From NCBI RefSeq assembly GCF_009914755.1, contig NC_060933.1: a DNA stretch of 64,000 bases. One strand, 5' to 3'. The translations under genes were made by a program, and so were the position numbers. A model generated the notes under the pieces. The model saw only the letters and a program-made list of their open reading frames with translations. It had not been told where the DNA came from and made no database searches. Source of the stretch: the human T2T-CHM13v2.0 reference genome, Homo sapiens. Shown here piece by piece: positions 13,369 through 26,122 of the stretch (position 1 is its first letter; each line of letters opens with the position of its first letter).

Positions 13369-13507
13369 CAGTTATCCTATTTACATTTTTCTAAAGCTGT
13401 TCACAGGACTTGTTGTCAGTTATCCTATTTACATTGTTTTAAAGCTGTTCACAGGACTTGTCAGTTATCCTATTTACATTGTTCTAAAGCTGTTTACAGG
13501 ACTTGTC
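13369..13507. repeat. Tandem triplication of a 45-bp unit
   Basis: Units start at 13369, 13417 and 13462: cagttatcctatttacattgttctaaagctgttcacaggacttgt. Confidence 0.95.
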
Positions 13508-14124
13508 CACAAGAATTCAACGTTCTTAAGTGGCTTTCGCTGACTTCCTCTTCCCCAAGCACAGCTGGGAATCCCCTTCCCTCAGACAGCAGCAAGCCTT
13601 CCTTCTCAGGTCACCAATGCAGGGCTCCATCTCTGCCTATTTCTAGTCACCTAACTCATAGTGAGCACCCACTGTGCGTCATTGAGCACTTCTGCAAGTC
13701 AAGGGTTTCATGCAGCCACTCCACCAGGTGGATGTGACTTCCCCATTTTAATGATGTGGAAAGTGAGGTTTGGTGAAGAAAATGTGCCTTATCAAAGGCT
13801 GAGCTTCTAGGATGTGGCCAAGCCAGGATTCAAACTGAGGTCTGTCTGAGTTCCGGTCTGCTGCATTCTCCTTCCTGTGACCAGAGTTAAGCTCTATTAA
13901 ATGACAGACTGCACAAATATGAACTATCTGCAAAGCCTCCAAGCAGATCTGCCATCCTTTTCTACCCAAGGAAGACATAGTCCAGGTTTACTTTAGGCCA
14001 AGATACCAAAAGAGGAAACAGGCCATAACTCCCCTAACCAAGTGCACTCATGTTAGACATCAGATTCTTTCCAATGTTTCCTGATAAATGTGTAATTTAC
14101 TGCTATCAGTTGGTATTGTATAGC

Positions 14125-14375
14125 AATTAAAATGAAGAAACCCTGTGAATCAGTTTGCCTGGCCTTGAATTCCCTTTATAATATAGTAGCCAAGTAACCT
14201 TGGCCAAATTACTGAGACTCTCTAAGCCTCAGCTTCCCATGTATAAATGGGGATGAGAATAATACTTACCTCATAGTGTTATGAGGAGCAAATAAGATGA
14301 TGCATGGAAAGCACTTAAAACAGACTCTGGCATATGGTGTGAGCTCGATAAATCCCAGCTATTATTATTATCATA
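14125..14375 (+). mobile_element. MIR SINE
   Basis: accttggccaaatt..ctctctaagcctcagcttcccatgtataaatggggat..cctcatagtgttatgagg..ctggcata..attattatt. Confidence 0.85.
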
Positions 14376-15166
14376 ATATCTGTGCATAAATCTATCTGCA
14401 ACTCTAATTGTTTTCTTAGGACAGATTCCAACAAGTAAAATCACTGTATCAAAGGGTGGCTCCTCATACATAGTGCTTAATTATCCTCCAGAAATTTTAG
14501 AGCGATTTATATACCCAATAGCAGAGCCTGCAGGAGTAAATGCAACATCCTTCATAGCAATAGACTCAAAAGATATATCAAATGCAGATGACTGTGATAC
14601 TACAAAAGATGTTTGAATATCCTGCGGTTTTCATGTATATGGGTATAAACTTTCTCTTTTTAATGCCCTTTCAGTCATGGAAAGAACCAAGGCCCTGCTG
14701 GTCATCCCAAAGGCCTTTGATTTAAGAGAAAAGAGTTCAATTCCAGGTTCTTATGAGCTGTGAGATTTTAAGCTGGTTCATTCCTCTCTTGTTGCTCAAA
14801 AAAAAAAAAGTTTTTTTTAAACAGGAATTATATATGGGCAGTATCTTCCTGTCATACTTGTTGTACCTACATATGCAGAGTAAATGTGACTATCCCTGGT
14901 GATAATAACTGTCAATATTTTTCTTTTTACATTTTTCTATTAATGCATTGCAATTGTGATTGTTCATATTATTATAGATATTTATTAATATAGCTATTCA
15001 TATGCTCATGTCCAGTGTAGTTCAACTCCAACTCTACCAAAATCTTGCCATGTGACCAAGGGTTAGTGACTTCACCATTTTGGGTCTCTTTTTTTAATAA
15101 CATTGAGGGGCTTGATCCAGATGATCTCCAGTGTCCATGTTTCTCTCATCTTGCCTTTCCATTTTT

Positions 15167-15397
15167 CAGGGTTTCTCAACTTCAACACTACTGACATGAT
15201 CTGATTCAGATAATTCTGTTTTGTGCTGAAGGGAATGGGGTGGGGTGTGGCTGTCCTGAGCACTGCAGGAGTTTTAGCTGCATCCCTGGTCTCTACTACC
15301 CACAGGCGTCCGGCCCAAGTTGTGACAACTGAAAATACCTTCAGACATCACCAAATGTTCCCAGAGGGTCAAAATCATCCCCGGTTAATAATCTGCC
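15167..15397. mobile_element. MER20 (hAT-Charlie)
   Basis: cagggtttctcaac...actactgacat...gttgtgacaactgaaaat...cagacatcaccaaatgttccc...aaaatcatccccggtt. Confidence 0.85.
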
Positions 15398-16850
15398 ATA
15401 TGCTTAAGGGTGTCAGGCTTTGAGCGTTAAAGATTTGATTTAGAAGGGCTTTAATATATCTTCCAATCACAGAATTCCAAATGACCATGATGCCGTGACT
15501 GATTTGAACTTACACTCATGCACATGATACGTATTTGGGAGAAGCCCTTGTCATCTCCAGTGTCTCTTCCACCTCTTGATTTCCACAGGGATAGTCATCT
15601 ACATCTTTGCTAGAGGTGACAGCTGAAATATCCAAACCATGGGCTTGGGGTCCATCTGACCTAGTCACCAGTCAGGTGCCTCTGGGGAAATTCTTTAGTT
15701 TTTCTAATCTTTTTTTCACTTGTGAAATCTGGATGACACCTCAGAGCCACTCGAGGATGACAAAATGTGACAAGCACAAGTGTACCTAGTACCAAGGATG
15801 AGGACGAATCCATTTGAGGGAAGCTGTTGCTTTCATTGTTTCCTATTGAATATGATTACCACTCCATTATTTCCCAGCCATAGCCTCGGGGTTTGGACCA
15901 AGTTTTCTTTTGACTTAGGTGTTTCCAGTCAGAGTCAAAGAGAAACTCCTAAGGAATGGAGAGGACAAATGGTCCTGTTAGCAGTCAGAGGAATGCTGTG
16001 GACTAAGAGAGTGACTTTGGTTCCAGCTGAAATGTCAGCAGAGCGCTGGGAGAAAAGAATCTGTTTAGCAGGTGTGTTTGGAATCTGGCAGAGAGAGCTG
16101 GGTCAGGTCCAGGACCACTGAGCTGTTCTGAATGCCTTCTATGTTGACTCTCTGGGACTGAGACTCAGGAGTTGAAGGAGAGAACGTCTAAGGTAAACAC
16201 ACAACAGCCAGACAGTGGCTAGAATTTTTCCTCAGGCTTTCTGTGTCTCTTGCAGAACACCAAGAGGCCGGCAACATGAGTGTGGCCTGAGTCTGACGCC
16301 TTCGCCCACCCTCTTCCAGATCACCTGATCCGAAAGAAGTTACGAAAATAGCTCAGAATCTGGGCCTGCCTGGAAGAGACATAAAGATTCATTTACATGG
16401 GAAGGTGACTGCTCTGAATATCCACAGACGACGAATCTATGCTAATGGTTCAGTCTCCCACAAATCTGGGATTTATATAACTGGCTCCTACCCTTGTTCC
16501 TTGCCAGCAGAAATGCTTGAATTATCTTAATTCCAGAATGTAAATTATTCCAATTCTGAGGCCATCATTTTAAAGCTGTCAAAGTCAATATTTTTAACAG
16601 CCTAGAAAAAAATTACAACTGGAAAATGTCTAAACAAGTTGTGCTTGAGGTCTTGAGACAACTTCTGGCAAATATCTGTGCTGAGGTGGATAAATACCCT
16701 CCACTAATTTCACAATGAAGGAAGAACATAAATTTCTCTCAACACCAATTCGTGTGCCAGAGTAAATATGTTCGTCCACGGGCATTGACCACTTTTAATC
16801 TGTTACCTTCCATTTATGGACTAACCATTTGTCTTTATTTATTAATTTTC

Positions 16851-17140
16851 TTTTTTTTGAGACAAAGTCTTGCTCTATCACCCAGGCTGAAGTGTAGTGG
16901 CGAGATCTCGGCTCACTACAACCTCCACCTCCCAAGTTCAAGCAATTCTCCTGCCTTACCCTCCCAAGTAGCTGAGATTACAGGCACCTGCCACGATGCC
17001 CAGCTACTTTTTGTATTTTTAGTAGAGATGGGGTTTCACCATGTTGGACAGGCTGGTCTCGAACTCCTAGCCTCAAGTGATCTGCCCTCCTCGGCCTCCC
17101 AAGGTCCTGGGATTATAGGCATGAGCCACCATGCCCAGCC
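16851..17140 (-). mobile_element. Alu (AluS-like)
   Basis: Poly-T followed by complete antisense Alu arms ending catgcccagcc. Confidence 0.95.
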
Positions 17141-18249
17141 CCCTTTATCTTTTAATGTGAAGATTTTTAAAATATATTAATTCTTAAAATAATAATATTC
17201 AATACTTGGTCATGAAAAAATAGGAAAAAATCCTTCCCTCGCCTCCATTCTTTCTAAATTTTCATTTCATTTCTATTTTAATCCACTTCATCCATTATTC
17301 TCTGAGTGTTACTGTGTGCTGGACACAGATCTATGGATGCTGAGATCTGTAAGAACTTCCTCAAGGTGAGAGAGGAGGCTTTCAAAGGAACTACATCACA
17401 CTTGATCAGGAAGGAAATGGCAGCTCCTTTTTTAATGTACATATCAGTTTCCATGCAGGTGAATCATCCTCTACCTTATTAACTCTTTCATACAGAAACC
17501 TGGGATTGAAGGAAATGAGAATGGAAGGAAAAGACTATACAAAGAAGAATCACATTTATGGTTTGCCTTTGGGGTAGAAGCCATTCTTTTGCACCCGGGG
17601 AACTGGCCAGGCTGTAAGAATATGGTGCCAACCAAGTGGCACCTCTGCCCACCATTGCTCTAGATGCCAGGCTAAATGGTCCTTGTGAAATACGGCTGGA
17701 AAAATCTCTGTTATGGGCCCATCTCCTATTCAGAGGCTGGAAAACACCCCATTCCTGTAGCTCTGAAGCAGGATTAATTGATTGGTCTCATATGAACCTA
17801 AAAGCTGTTAAGAGTAAGGAGGATGAAAAGCAATTCAAATTGCTTTATTACCATTTTCTAGTAAAGTACCAGTTTAGTTCTCAGCCCTACTGTGAAGCAG
17901 CGGGTTTCCAGATATTGACTGTGCTGGCATGTGCTCCTAGAAGAGAGGAAACGCCTGGGTCTGAAAAGCAGAAACATCTGCTCAGATCTCTGGCAGGCCT
18001 GTTGCTGGAGCTGCTGGGGGTGGTGGTGGTGGGGGGGTGGTGGGTTCCCTCCAGGTGGTGTCACTGCAAGCAGGAGACAGAGGAAGCACTCCCAATGGGG
18101 GAGTTCTTGTCTGTGGGTAGAGACTCCTCCTTTTCCTTTTTTTTAAAGACATCATTCACTTAATGTGGGGGAAAAAGATTATAAATAGTTTTATAAGGCA
18201 ATCTATATACTTTCTGATAGAGGGCAGCAAGGCGACTATAGTAGCTACA

Positions 18250-18490
18250 ATGATGATGATAATAATAATAGCCATCACATACTGCTTGTATATGCCAGGC
18301 ACAGGGCACTTTACATATCTTAACTCATTTAATTCCAAACAACACTACAAGGTAGGTACCACTATCATCTCCCTTTTATAGATGAGAAAACTGAGGCACA
18401 GGAGGGAAATAACTTGCTCAAGTTCACCAGCTAGTAAGTGTAAGAGTCAAGCTTTAAGCCCAACTAGTCTAGCTGTAGGGTTCCTAGCTA
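18250..18490 (-). mobile_element. MIR SINE
   Basis: ataataatagc..tatgccaggcac..ttttatagatgagaaaactgaggcaca..acttgctcaag. Confidence 0.85.
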
Positions 18491-18939
18491 TAGTAATAAT
18501 CACTGCTGTGTGCTAGGTATCAGATCTAGCATATACCACACACATTACTTTCTTTGATCTTTACAGAAATACTATCAGTCAGATATTACCATTCCCAATT
18601 TTCAAATGGGCACACTCCAGTTTAGAGTTGTGAAATAATTTTTTCAAGATCATGAGGATAAGAAATGTCAGAGGCTGGATTAACCCCAGATCAAGCTGTT
18701 TTTCCAATGCCTGATACCTCTCCATGACCTGAAAGTTTAGAGTTGAGCTACACTTTCTCTATGGGAATCTAGCCCAGAATGCCAATGACAAATCAATCAG
18801 TAATAATATTATTAATAATAGTTGCCATTTATTGAGCACCTGCAATTCAATAAGGCCTGTCTTAGACATAAATGTCATCATCACAAATCCCTGCAAGTCA
18901 GGTTGTTATTGTCCTCATAAATCAAAGATGAAAACATGA

Positions 18940-20195
18940 AAATCCAGTGCATTTCTACACACTAACAATGAACAATGTGAAAAGGAAATTTAAAAAATTC
19001 CGTTTACAATAGAATCAAAAAGGATAAAATATTTGGGAATACACTGACACCAGAAGTGCAGGCAATAAAAGAAAAAATAGATAAATTAAACTTCATCAAA
19101 ATAAAAAACTTTAGTGCATCAAAGGATACTATAAAGAGAGTGAAAAGGCAAGTCATAGAATACAAGGAAATACTTACTAATCATAAGGAACTGACATTCA
19201 CAATACATGAAGAACTCTTAAATTCAACAACAACAAAAAGGCAAACAACCTGATTTTAAAATAGGCAAAGGGCTTGAATCAACATTTCTCCCAAGAAGAT
19301 ATACACATGGCCAATAAGCACATGAAAAAAATGCTCAGTACCATTAGTCATTCAGGAAATGCAAACCAAAACCGAAATGAGATACCTTTTTACACCCATT
19401 AGGATGGCTATTACCAAAACAAAACAAAAACAAACTCCCCTCCAAAAAAAAAAAAAAAAAAAAAAAAAACAGAAAATGACAATGACAACTGTTAAGTGTT
19501 AGCAAGGATGTGAAGAAATTAAAACCATTGTGCACTGTTGGTAAGAATGTAAAATGGTGCAGCCACTGTGGAAAACAATATGGCAGTTACTCAAAAGTTA
19601 AATATAGAATTACCATATGATCCACAAATTCTACTTCTAGATATATACCCAAAATAATTGAAAGCAGGAACTCAAACTGCTATTAATATTTGCACACTCA
19701 TGTGTACAGCAGCATTATTCACAATGACCAAAAGCCAGAAACAACCTAAATGTCCACTGACAGATAAATAAACAAAATGTAGTACACATATAATAGAATA
19801 TTATTCAGCCTTAAAATGGATTGAAATTCTGGCATATGCTATGACATCAATGAATTTTGAAGATGTTATACTAAGTGAAATAAGCAAAACACCAAAGGAC
19901 AAACAGTATGATTCCACTTACATGAAGTATCTAGAAAAATCAAATTCACAGAGAAAAAGAGTAGAATGACGGTTGCGTGGGCCTTGTGGAAGGGGACCAC
20001 GGAAAATTGTTGTTTAATGGGTACAGAGTTTCAGTTTGAGATGACAGAAAAGCTCTGGAGATGGATAATAGTGATGAATGCATAACAATGTGAATATACC
20101 TAGTGCCACTAAACTGTACACTTTAAAGGGGCTGAAATGGTAAGTTTTATGTTATGTATATTTTACCACCAAAAACAAACAAACAAAAAAACAAC
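18940..20195 (+). mobile_element. Old L1 (L1MB-like) ORF2 end and 3' UTR, internally deleted, inserted in a MIR
   Basis: ORF2-like peptide KEKIDKLNFIKIKNFSASKDTIKRVKRQ; L1M 3' UTR motifs; A-rich end; the MIR resumes at ~20200. Confidence 0.9.
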
Positions 20196-22120
20196 TAAAA
20201 CCAAGATGGCAAGACTTGCTCAAGATCACACAGTGAGCATGCTACTGGCACAGCCTATGCTAGAATTCCCAGGTTCCTGAAGCCCAGTCTAGTGCTATTC
20301 ATATCTGTGCTGTAAACTAAAATAGGGCTTACAGTTACAGAGTATTTGTAAACACAGTTAAATATCAAGTATCTTAAACAAAATGAACCAAACTCATCAC
20401 AAACTGTTTTCCCCAGACTCTCTGAATAAAACAAGAAACTCACAACAAAAACATATAATTGGTGGGGGTGGTGATGATAGTTGTAATGATAGCAAACCTT
20501 CCATGCCTTGAGGCATGGGCCAAAGTGCATTTAACTCAGTGCCCTGAACCCTATACTCTAACTATAAAAATATCCCAAGCCCATTACTAAACACACTTAG
20601 GCTTTACTTTTATTTTTACTGTAGTAAAATGGGACTAAGTAAAAACTCAGTCATAAAGCCACTGATCTCCCAATTAATTGTGTTTTTTCTCTTCAGATCC
20701 CTTTGTAGTAATGTATTTCTAACAGAGAGAATTCAAGAAAGTATCTGAAAATATTTACAGTTTCAGGGCTGGAGCTGGATTGGCCTCCTCTTCCTCCTCT
20801 TCTTTTTTCCTTCCCACTGTCAGATGGATACTTGTTTGGCAACTGAAGAAACTGTTTACACCATGCTAACACTTGCCTTGCAAAGGCAAATAAGACTATT
20901 ATGGATATCATTTATTATAGCTGTTTGACCATTCACTCAGTGTCTACTTCCCTTAGTCAAGGGTTAGGAAAGAGAGAACAGCAAGAAAAACACTAAGGTT
21001 TGTAGAACAGGATTACAGCAAAAACTAGGTCGCCAACTCCAATCAAATAATTCTAAATTGACATATATTATTCTGCTTCACGCCTTACGGTATTGTTTTC
21101 AGCAACATTCTTGCTGATAAAACTGATTTGTCTTTTTAGTAATGTTCAGATTTATCAGAAATCCTAGCTATGAAGTGCTTTCAATAAATTAAAACATTAA
21201 ATTCCCAATTACATTTCCCTTTCAGTCTCAAAATTTTTTTAAAAAATGTTCTTAGGATGCAGCTTCAGGTGTAAAGTGAATTTTAATTGCTCCATTTTTC
21301 CACAATAACTTCAATATGGTTATTGATTTTTCTTAAACTGGATTTAAGTGTTTGGAGAGATGAAAATTGTTTCCTCTCTCCCCTTTCCACTTTGTTTCTT
21401 CATTTCTATTGTCCATGAAGAATACATGTTAACTATAAAGAATATTTGTGGTATCAAATTTCAAGCTTTAAAAAAAACCATCTTTCATTTTTTTAAAGTT
21501 CAAGCATTTTTATTGAAATTTAAAATAAAAAGAAAATTTTATATGTCATATAATTCCAACCAGCTATTAATCACCTTCATCCTAAAGAAACGTACTTTTC
21601 TGCCCTTTTAAAACATTGAAGTTCGAGGACTTGAAAATCCCTCCTGGCTCTAGGAACATTTCAGCCCTCCATTCTGTTTATGTCCATGAGAAACAGTGGT
21701 TATTAATTTAAGCTTTGCTAATTCAGATCTGTAAACTATTGCTTATGTTTATTGCTGTTGAATAATTAGATTATCTGGATTTGTACTGCTAACAGATGGG
21801 GAAAATACCATCTGAACATGTTACCTTGTCAATTCTTCTTTATATATTTCTTGAGCACACAATCCTTCTCTGCTCCAAATATGAAGGGGTTAACAGACAT
21901 TTAACTGGCTGCTCACTTCTGAGTTAATAATTGTTCTCTAGTAGCCAGTTTCTCCAGAGGGAAACACACGTGGTAGATGTTTACCTGGAAATCTCTAGCT
22001 GGTCCTATTGTCACTCCCATACCCTTCTCCCTGGCCCAGCCTCTACCCACCTTCTCATAGCAAAATACTCATCTTCCAGTCAATTTTCAGTGACATGTAA
22101 ACTGATATTAAAAAACTGTT

Positions 22121-22430
22121 GGCCGGGAGCAGTGGCTCACCCCTGTAATCCCAGCACTTTTGGTGGCCAAGGTGGTTGGATCACGAGGTCAGGAGTACGA
22201 GACCAGCCTGACCAACATGGTGAAACCCCTTCTCTACAAAAAAATACAAAAATTAGCGGGGCATGGTGGCGCACACCTGTAATCCCAGCTACTCAGGAGG
22301 CTGAGTCAGGAGAATCACTTGAACCCAGGAGGCTGAGGATGCAGTGAGCCGAGATGGCGCCACTGCACTCCAGCCTGGGCGACAGAGAGAGACTCTGTCT
22401 CAAAAATAAATAAATAAATAAAATAAAAAA
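22121..22430 (+). mobile_element. Alu (AluSg-like)
   Basis: ggccggg start, ggatcacgaggtcagg, (aaat)n tail, TSD aaaaa(c/t)tgtt. Confidence 0.95.
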
Positions 22431-22604
22431 TTGTTAAGCAATATTTGGCAAGCACATTATGGTTTACAAAGCACTCTTTTATCAGATTTGCATTTTACAT
22501 TTTTCCTAAAATGTATTCATTCTTTAATACAGAGAAGAAAAACCATTTCTTTATAACTCCACAAACACGTAACCCCTCTTACCATTTCTTAAGCAAAAAC
22601 AATA

Positions 22605-22830
22605 CGTTTATAATCTCTAATGACAGAAAGCAGATCAATGGTTTCCTGGGCCCAAGAGTAGGGGAAATGACTGAATGGGGGAAGAAGAAACTTTTCAGGG
22701 CAATTAAAGTGTTCCATATCTCAATCATGGTGGCTGCACGGCTATATTCATTTGTCAAAAGTCGCCACACTATACACTTAAAATGGGTACATTTTATGAT
22801 ATGTAGATTATACCTCAATAAAATTGATTA
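22605..22830 (+). mobile_element. L1M 3' end fragment
   Basis: gacagaaagcagatcaatggtttcctggg...tacacttaaaatgggtacatttt...ttatacctcaataaa. Confidence 0.8.
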
Positions 22831-23609
22831 AAATTTTAGAAATACTGATATATTTATTAGGATAATCAAATTGGGCTCCCAGCTAAATATGTTAAATTTA
22901 TTTGACTTTTCTCTTTCCCATAGCCTCACTAGAATGGCAGTAAAGGAATGGATGAAAGACATCCAAGGACAAAGAGAAGAGAAAAACATTTTCAGAACAT
23001 GAGAATTCAACAGATTTCAGAACTTAGCCTAGCAGAGGAAATTACAAACTCAGTGCCGACAGATGGATGGAAAAATCATGAGAAGTTAGTGGGCAGTTTC
23101 CCCTGCAGAACACTTAGGAGAAAGAAGTAGGGGGAAGCTTAGTACTTGGAGGGAGCAGTGAAACATAGAAATGAGAGAGAGACTGGCTAAAAGTCTATAT
23201 GGAGAGGAATGGGACTCCCCAAGCCCTCCTTCAGTATAGGCAGTCAGATAATTACCCCTTCTTATCCTCCCCAGTGGTCAGACAGAGGCTTATTTCAGAG
23301 CGACCCCAGACTCAGAGGCACCAGGCACAGTGGCGAGCAAGGCTGAGGTGGCCGACTGAGACAGGCCCTTTACAAGGAAGCTGACCTCCTGAACCGCAAC
23401 CCCTTCAGCCCTCTCCAGATTACCACCACAGTTCAGTCATCTAAAATGTTTCAAGTAGAAGATTTAAAGATCTATCTCTGGAAAAATGAAGTAGTTCTGG
23501 AGACCATGCAACCAAGTTCCATGATTTCACCAGTGGTCAAGCTGTCTTGGTCCTTGATCTCCCCAAACTGAAGCCCACAGGTTCACAAGCAGTCACCCAA
23601 CACACATAC

Positions 23610-23641
<32 letters not shown>

Positions 23642-23737
23642 CATCCAAATAATGGCTTCATTTTAAACAAAAGCAATCATTAGGCATCGAAGAAATACCA
23701 TCAACATTATTTTTTCAAATAAATTAGTTGAAACAAA

Positions 23738-25350
23738 CTTTTTTTAAAATTATACTTTAAGTTCTGGGATACATGTGTAGAACGTGCAGGTTTGTTACAC
23801 AGGTACACATGTGCCATGGTGGTTTGCTGCACCCATCAATCCATCATCAATATTAGGTATTTCTCCTAATGTTATCCCTCACCTAGTCCCCCACCCCACG
23901 ACAGGCCCCGGTGTGTAATGTTCCCTGCCCTGTGTCCATGTGTTCTCATTGTTCAACTCCCACTTATGAGTGAGAACATGCGGTATTTGGTTTTCTGTTC
24001 CTGTGTTAGTTTGCTGAGAATGATGGTTTCCAGCTTCATCCATGTCCCTGCAAAGGACATGAACTCACCCTTTTTATGGCTGCATAGTATTCCATGGTGT
24101 ATATATGCCACATTTTCTTTATCCAGTCTATCATTGATGGGCATTTGAGTTGGTTCCAAGTCTTTACTACTGTGAATAGTGCTTCAGTAAACATATGTGT
24201 GTATGTATCTTTATAGCAGAATGATTTATAATCCTTTGGATAAATACCCAGTAATGGGATTGCTGGGTCAAATGGTATTTCTGGTTCTAGATCCTTGACG
24301 AATCACCACACTGTCTTCCACAATGGTTGAACTAATTTACACTCCCACCAACAGTCTAAAAGCATTCCTATTTCTCCACATCCTTTCCAGCATCTGTTGT
24401 TTCCTGACTTTTTAATGATCACCATTCTAACTGGTGTGAGATGGTATCTCATTGTGGTTTTGATTTGCATTTCTCTAATGACCAGTGATGATGAGCTTTT
24501 TTTCATATGTTTGTTGGCCGCATAAGTGTCTTCTTTTGAGAAGTATCTGTTCATATCCTTCGCCCATTTTTTGATGGGGTTTTTTTTTCTTGTAAATGTG
24601 TTTAAGTTCCTTGTAGATTCTGGATATTAGCCCTTTGTCAGATGGATAAATTGCAAAAATTTTCTCCCATTCTGTAGGTTGCCTGTTCACTCTGATGATA
24701 GTTTCTTTTGCTATGCAGAAGCTCTTTAGTTTAATTAGATCCCATTTGTCAATTTTGGCTTTTGTTGCCATTGCTTTTGGCATTTTAGTCTGAAGTCTTT
24801 GCCCATGCCTATGTCCTGAATGGTATCACCTAGGTTATCTTCTAGGGTTTTTATGGCTTTAGGTTTTATGTTTAAGTCTTTAATCCATCTTCAGTTAATT
24901 TTTGTATAAGGTGTAAGGAAGGGGTCCAGTTTCAGTTTTCTGCTTATGGCTAGGCAGTTTTCCCAACACCATTTATTAAATAGGGAATATTTTCCCCATT
25001 GCTTGTTTTTGTCAGGTTTATCAAAGATCAGATGGCTATAGATGTGTGGCATTATTTCTGAGGCCTCTGTTCTGTTCCATTGGTCTATATATCTGTTTTG
25101 GTTCCAGCACCATGGAAGTCAGGTAGCATGATGCCTCCAGGTTTGTTCTTTTTGCTTAGGACTGTCTTTGCTATATGGGCTCTTTTTTGGTTCCATATGA
25201 AATGTAAAGTAATTTTTTTCTAATTCTGTGAAGAAAGTCAATGGTAGCTTGACGGGGATAGCATTGAATCTATAAATTACTTTGGGCAGTATGGCCATTT
25301 TCATGATACTGATTCTTCCTATCCATGAACATGGAATGTTTTTCCATTTG
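23738..25350 (-). mobile_element. 5'-truncated L1PA (approx. L1PA6-8), ORF2 C-terminus and 3' UTR
   Basis: ttatactttaagttctgggatacatgtg 3' end; ORF2 fragments [52 protein letters not shown]. Confidence 0.95.
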
Positions 25351-25800
25351 TTAAACATTAAAAAAAAAATTGGAAAAAGAGATGAATAGAGGGAGCTTAA
25401 GAAAGGTTTTTTTCTTTTTTTCTTAAAGAATCTTACATTTAATATCTTTAGAGTGGTAAGAAATGATATTACATCCATAAAATAAGAAATGGGTGCTATA
25501 GAAAGGAAATAGAGAAAAAGAAAACACTCAAGTGTTTAAAATATATTTGCCTAAGTAAAAGTTCATTGCAAGTATTGTAGTAAAGAAAGTCCACAAAAAG
25601 CAAAACAGAAAGACACAAAGATGGGAAAGAGGATCAATCAGGTGGAGCAGCATCCCAATAATGATAGTTAAAGAAAAATAGAACCAAGAAAAAGGAAGGG
25701 AAGAAATAAAGAATACGAAGCTTGACATTAAAAGGGCCCGTGCAGGCCTAGGACCAAAACTGCAACAGATTCACAAAATGCAAATTATCATAATATTTTA

Positions 25801-26122
<322 letters not shown>

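Noticed and set aside
13369-13507. CRISPR-like array (also considered for 99-390)
   Set aside because: Head-to-tail tandem units without unique spacers, in a mammalian context with no cas genes
13721-18063. CTCF-like motifs ccaccaggtggatg (13721) and cctccaggtggtgtc (~18048)
   Set aside because: Both miss the conserved C of the GGC core; not supportable without PWM scoring or ChIP data
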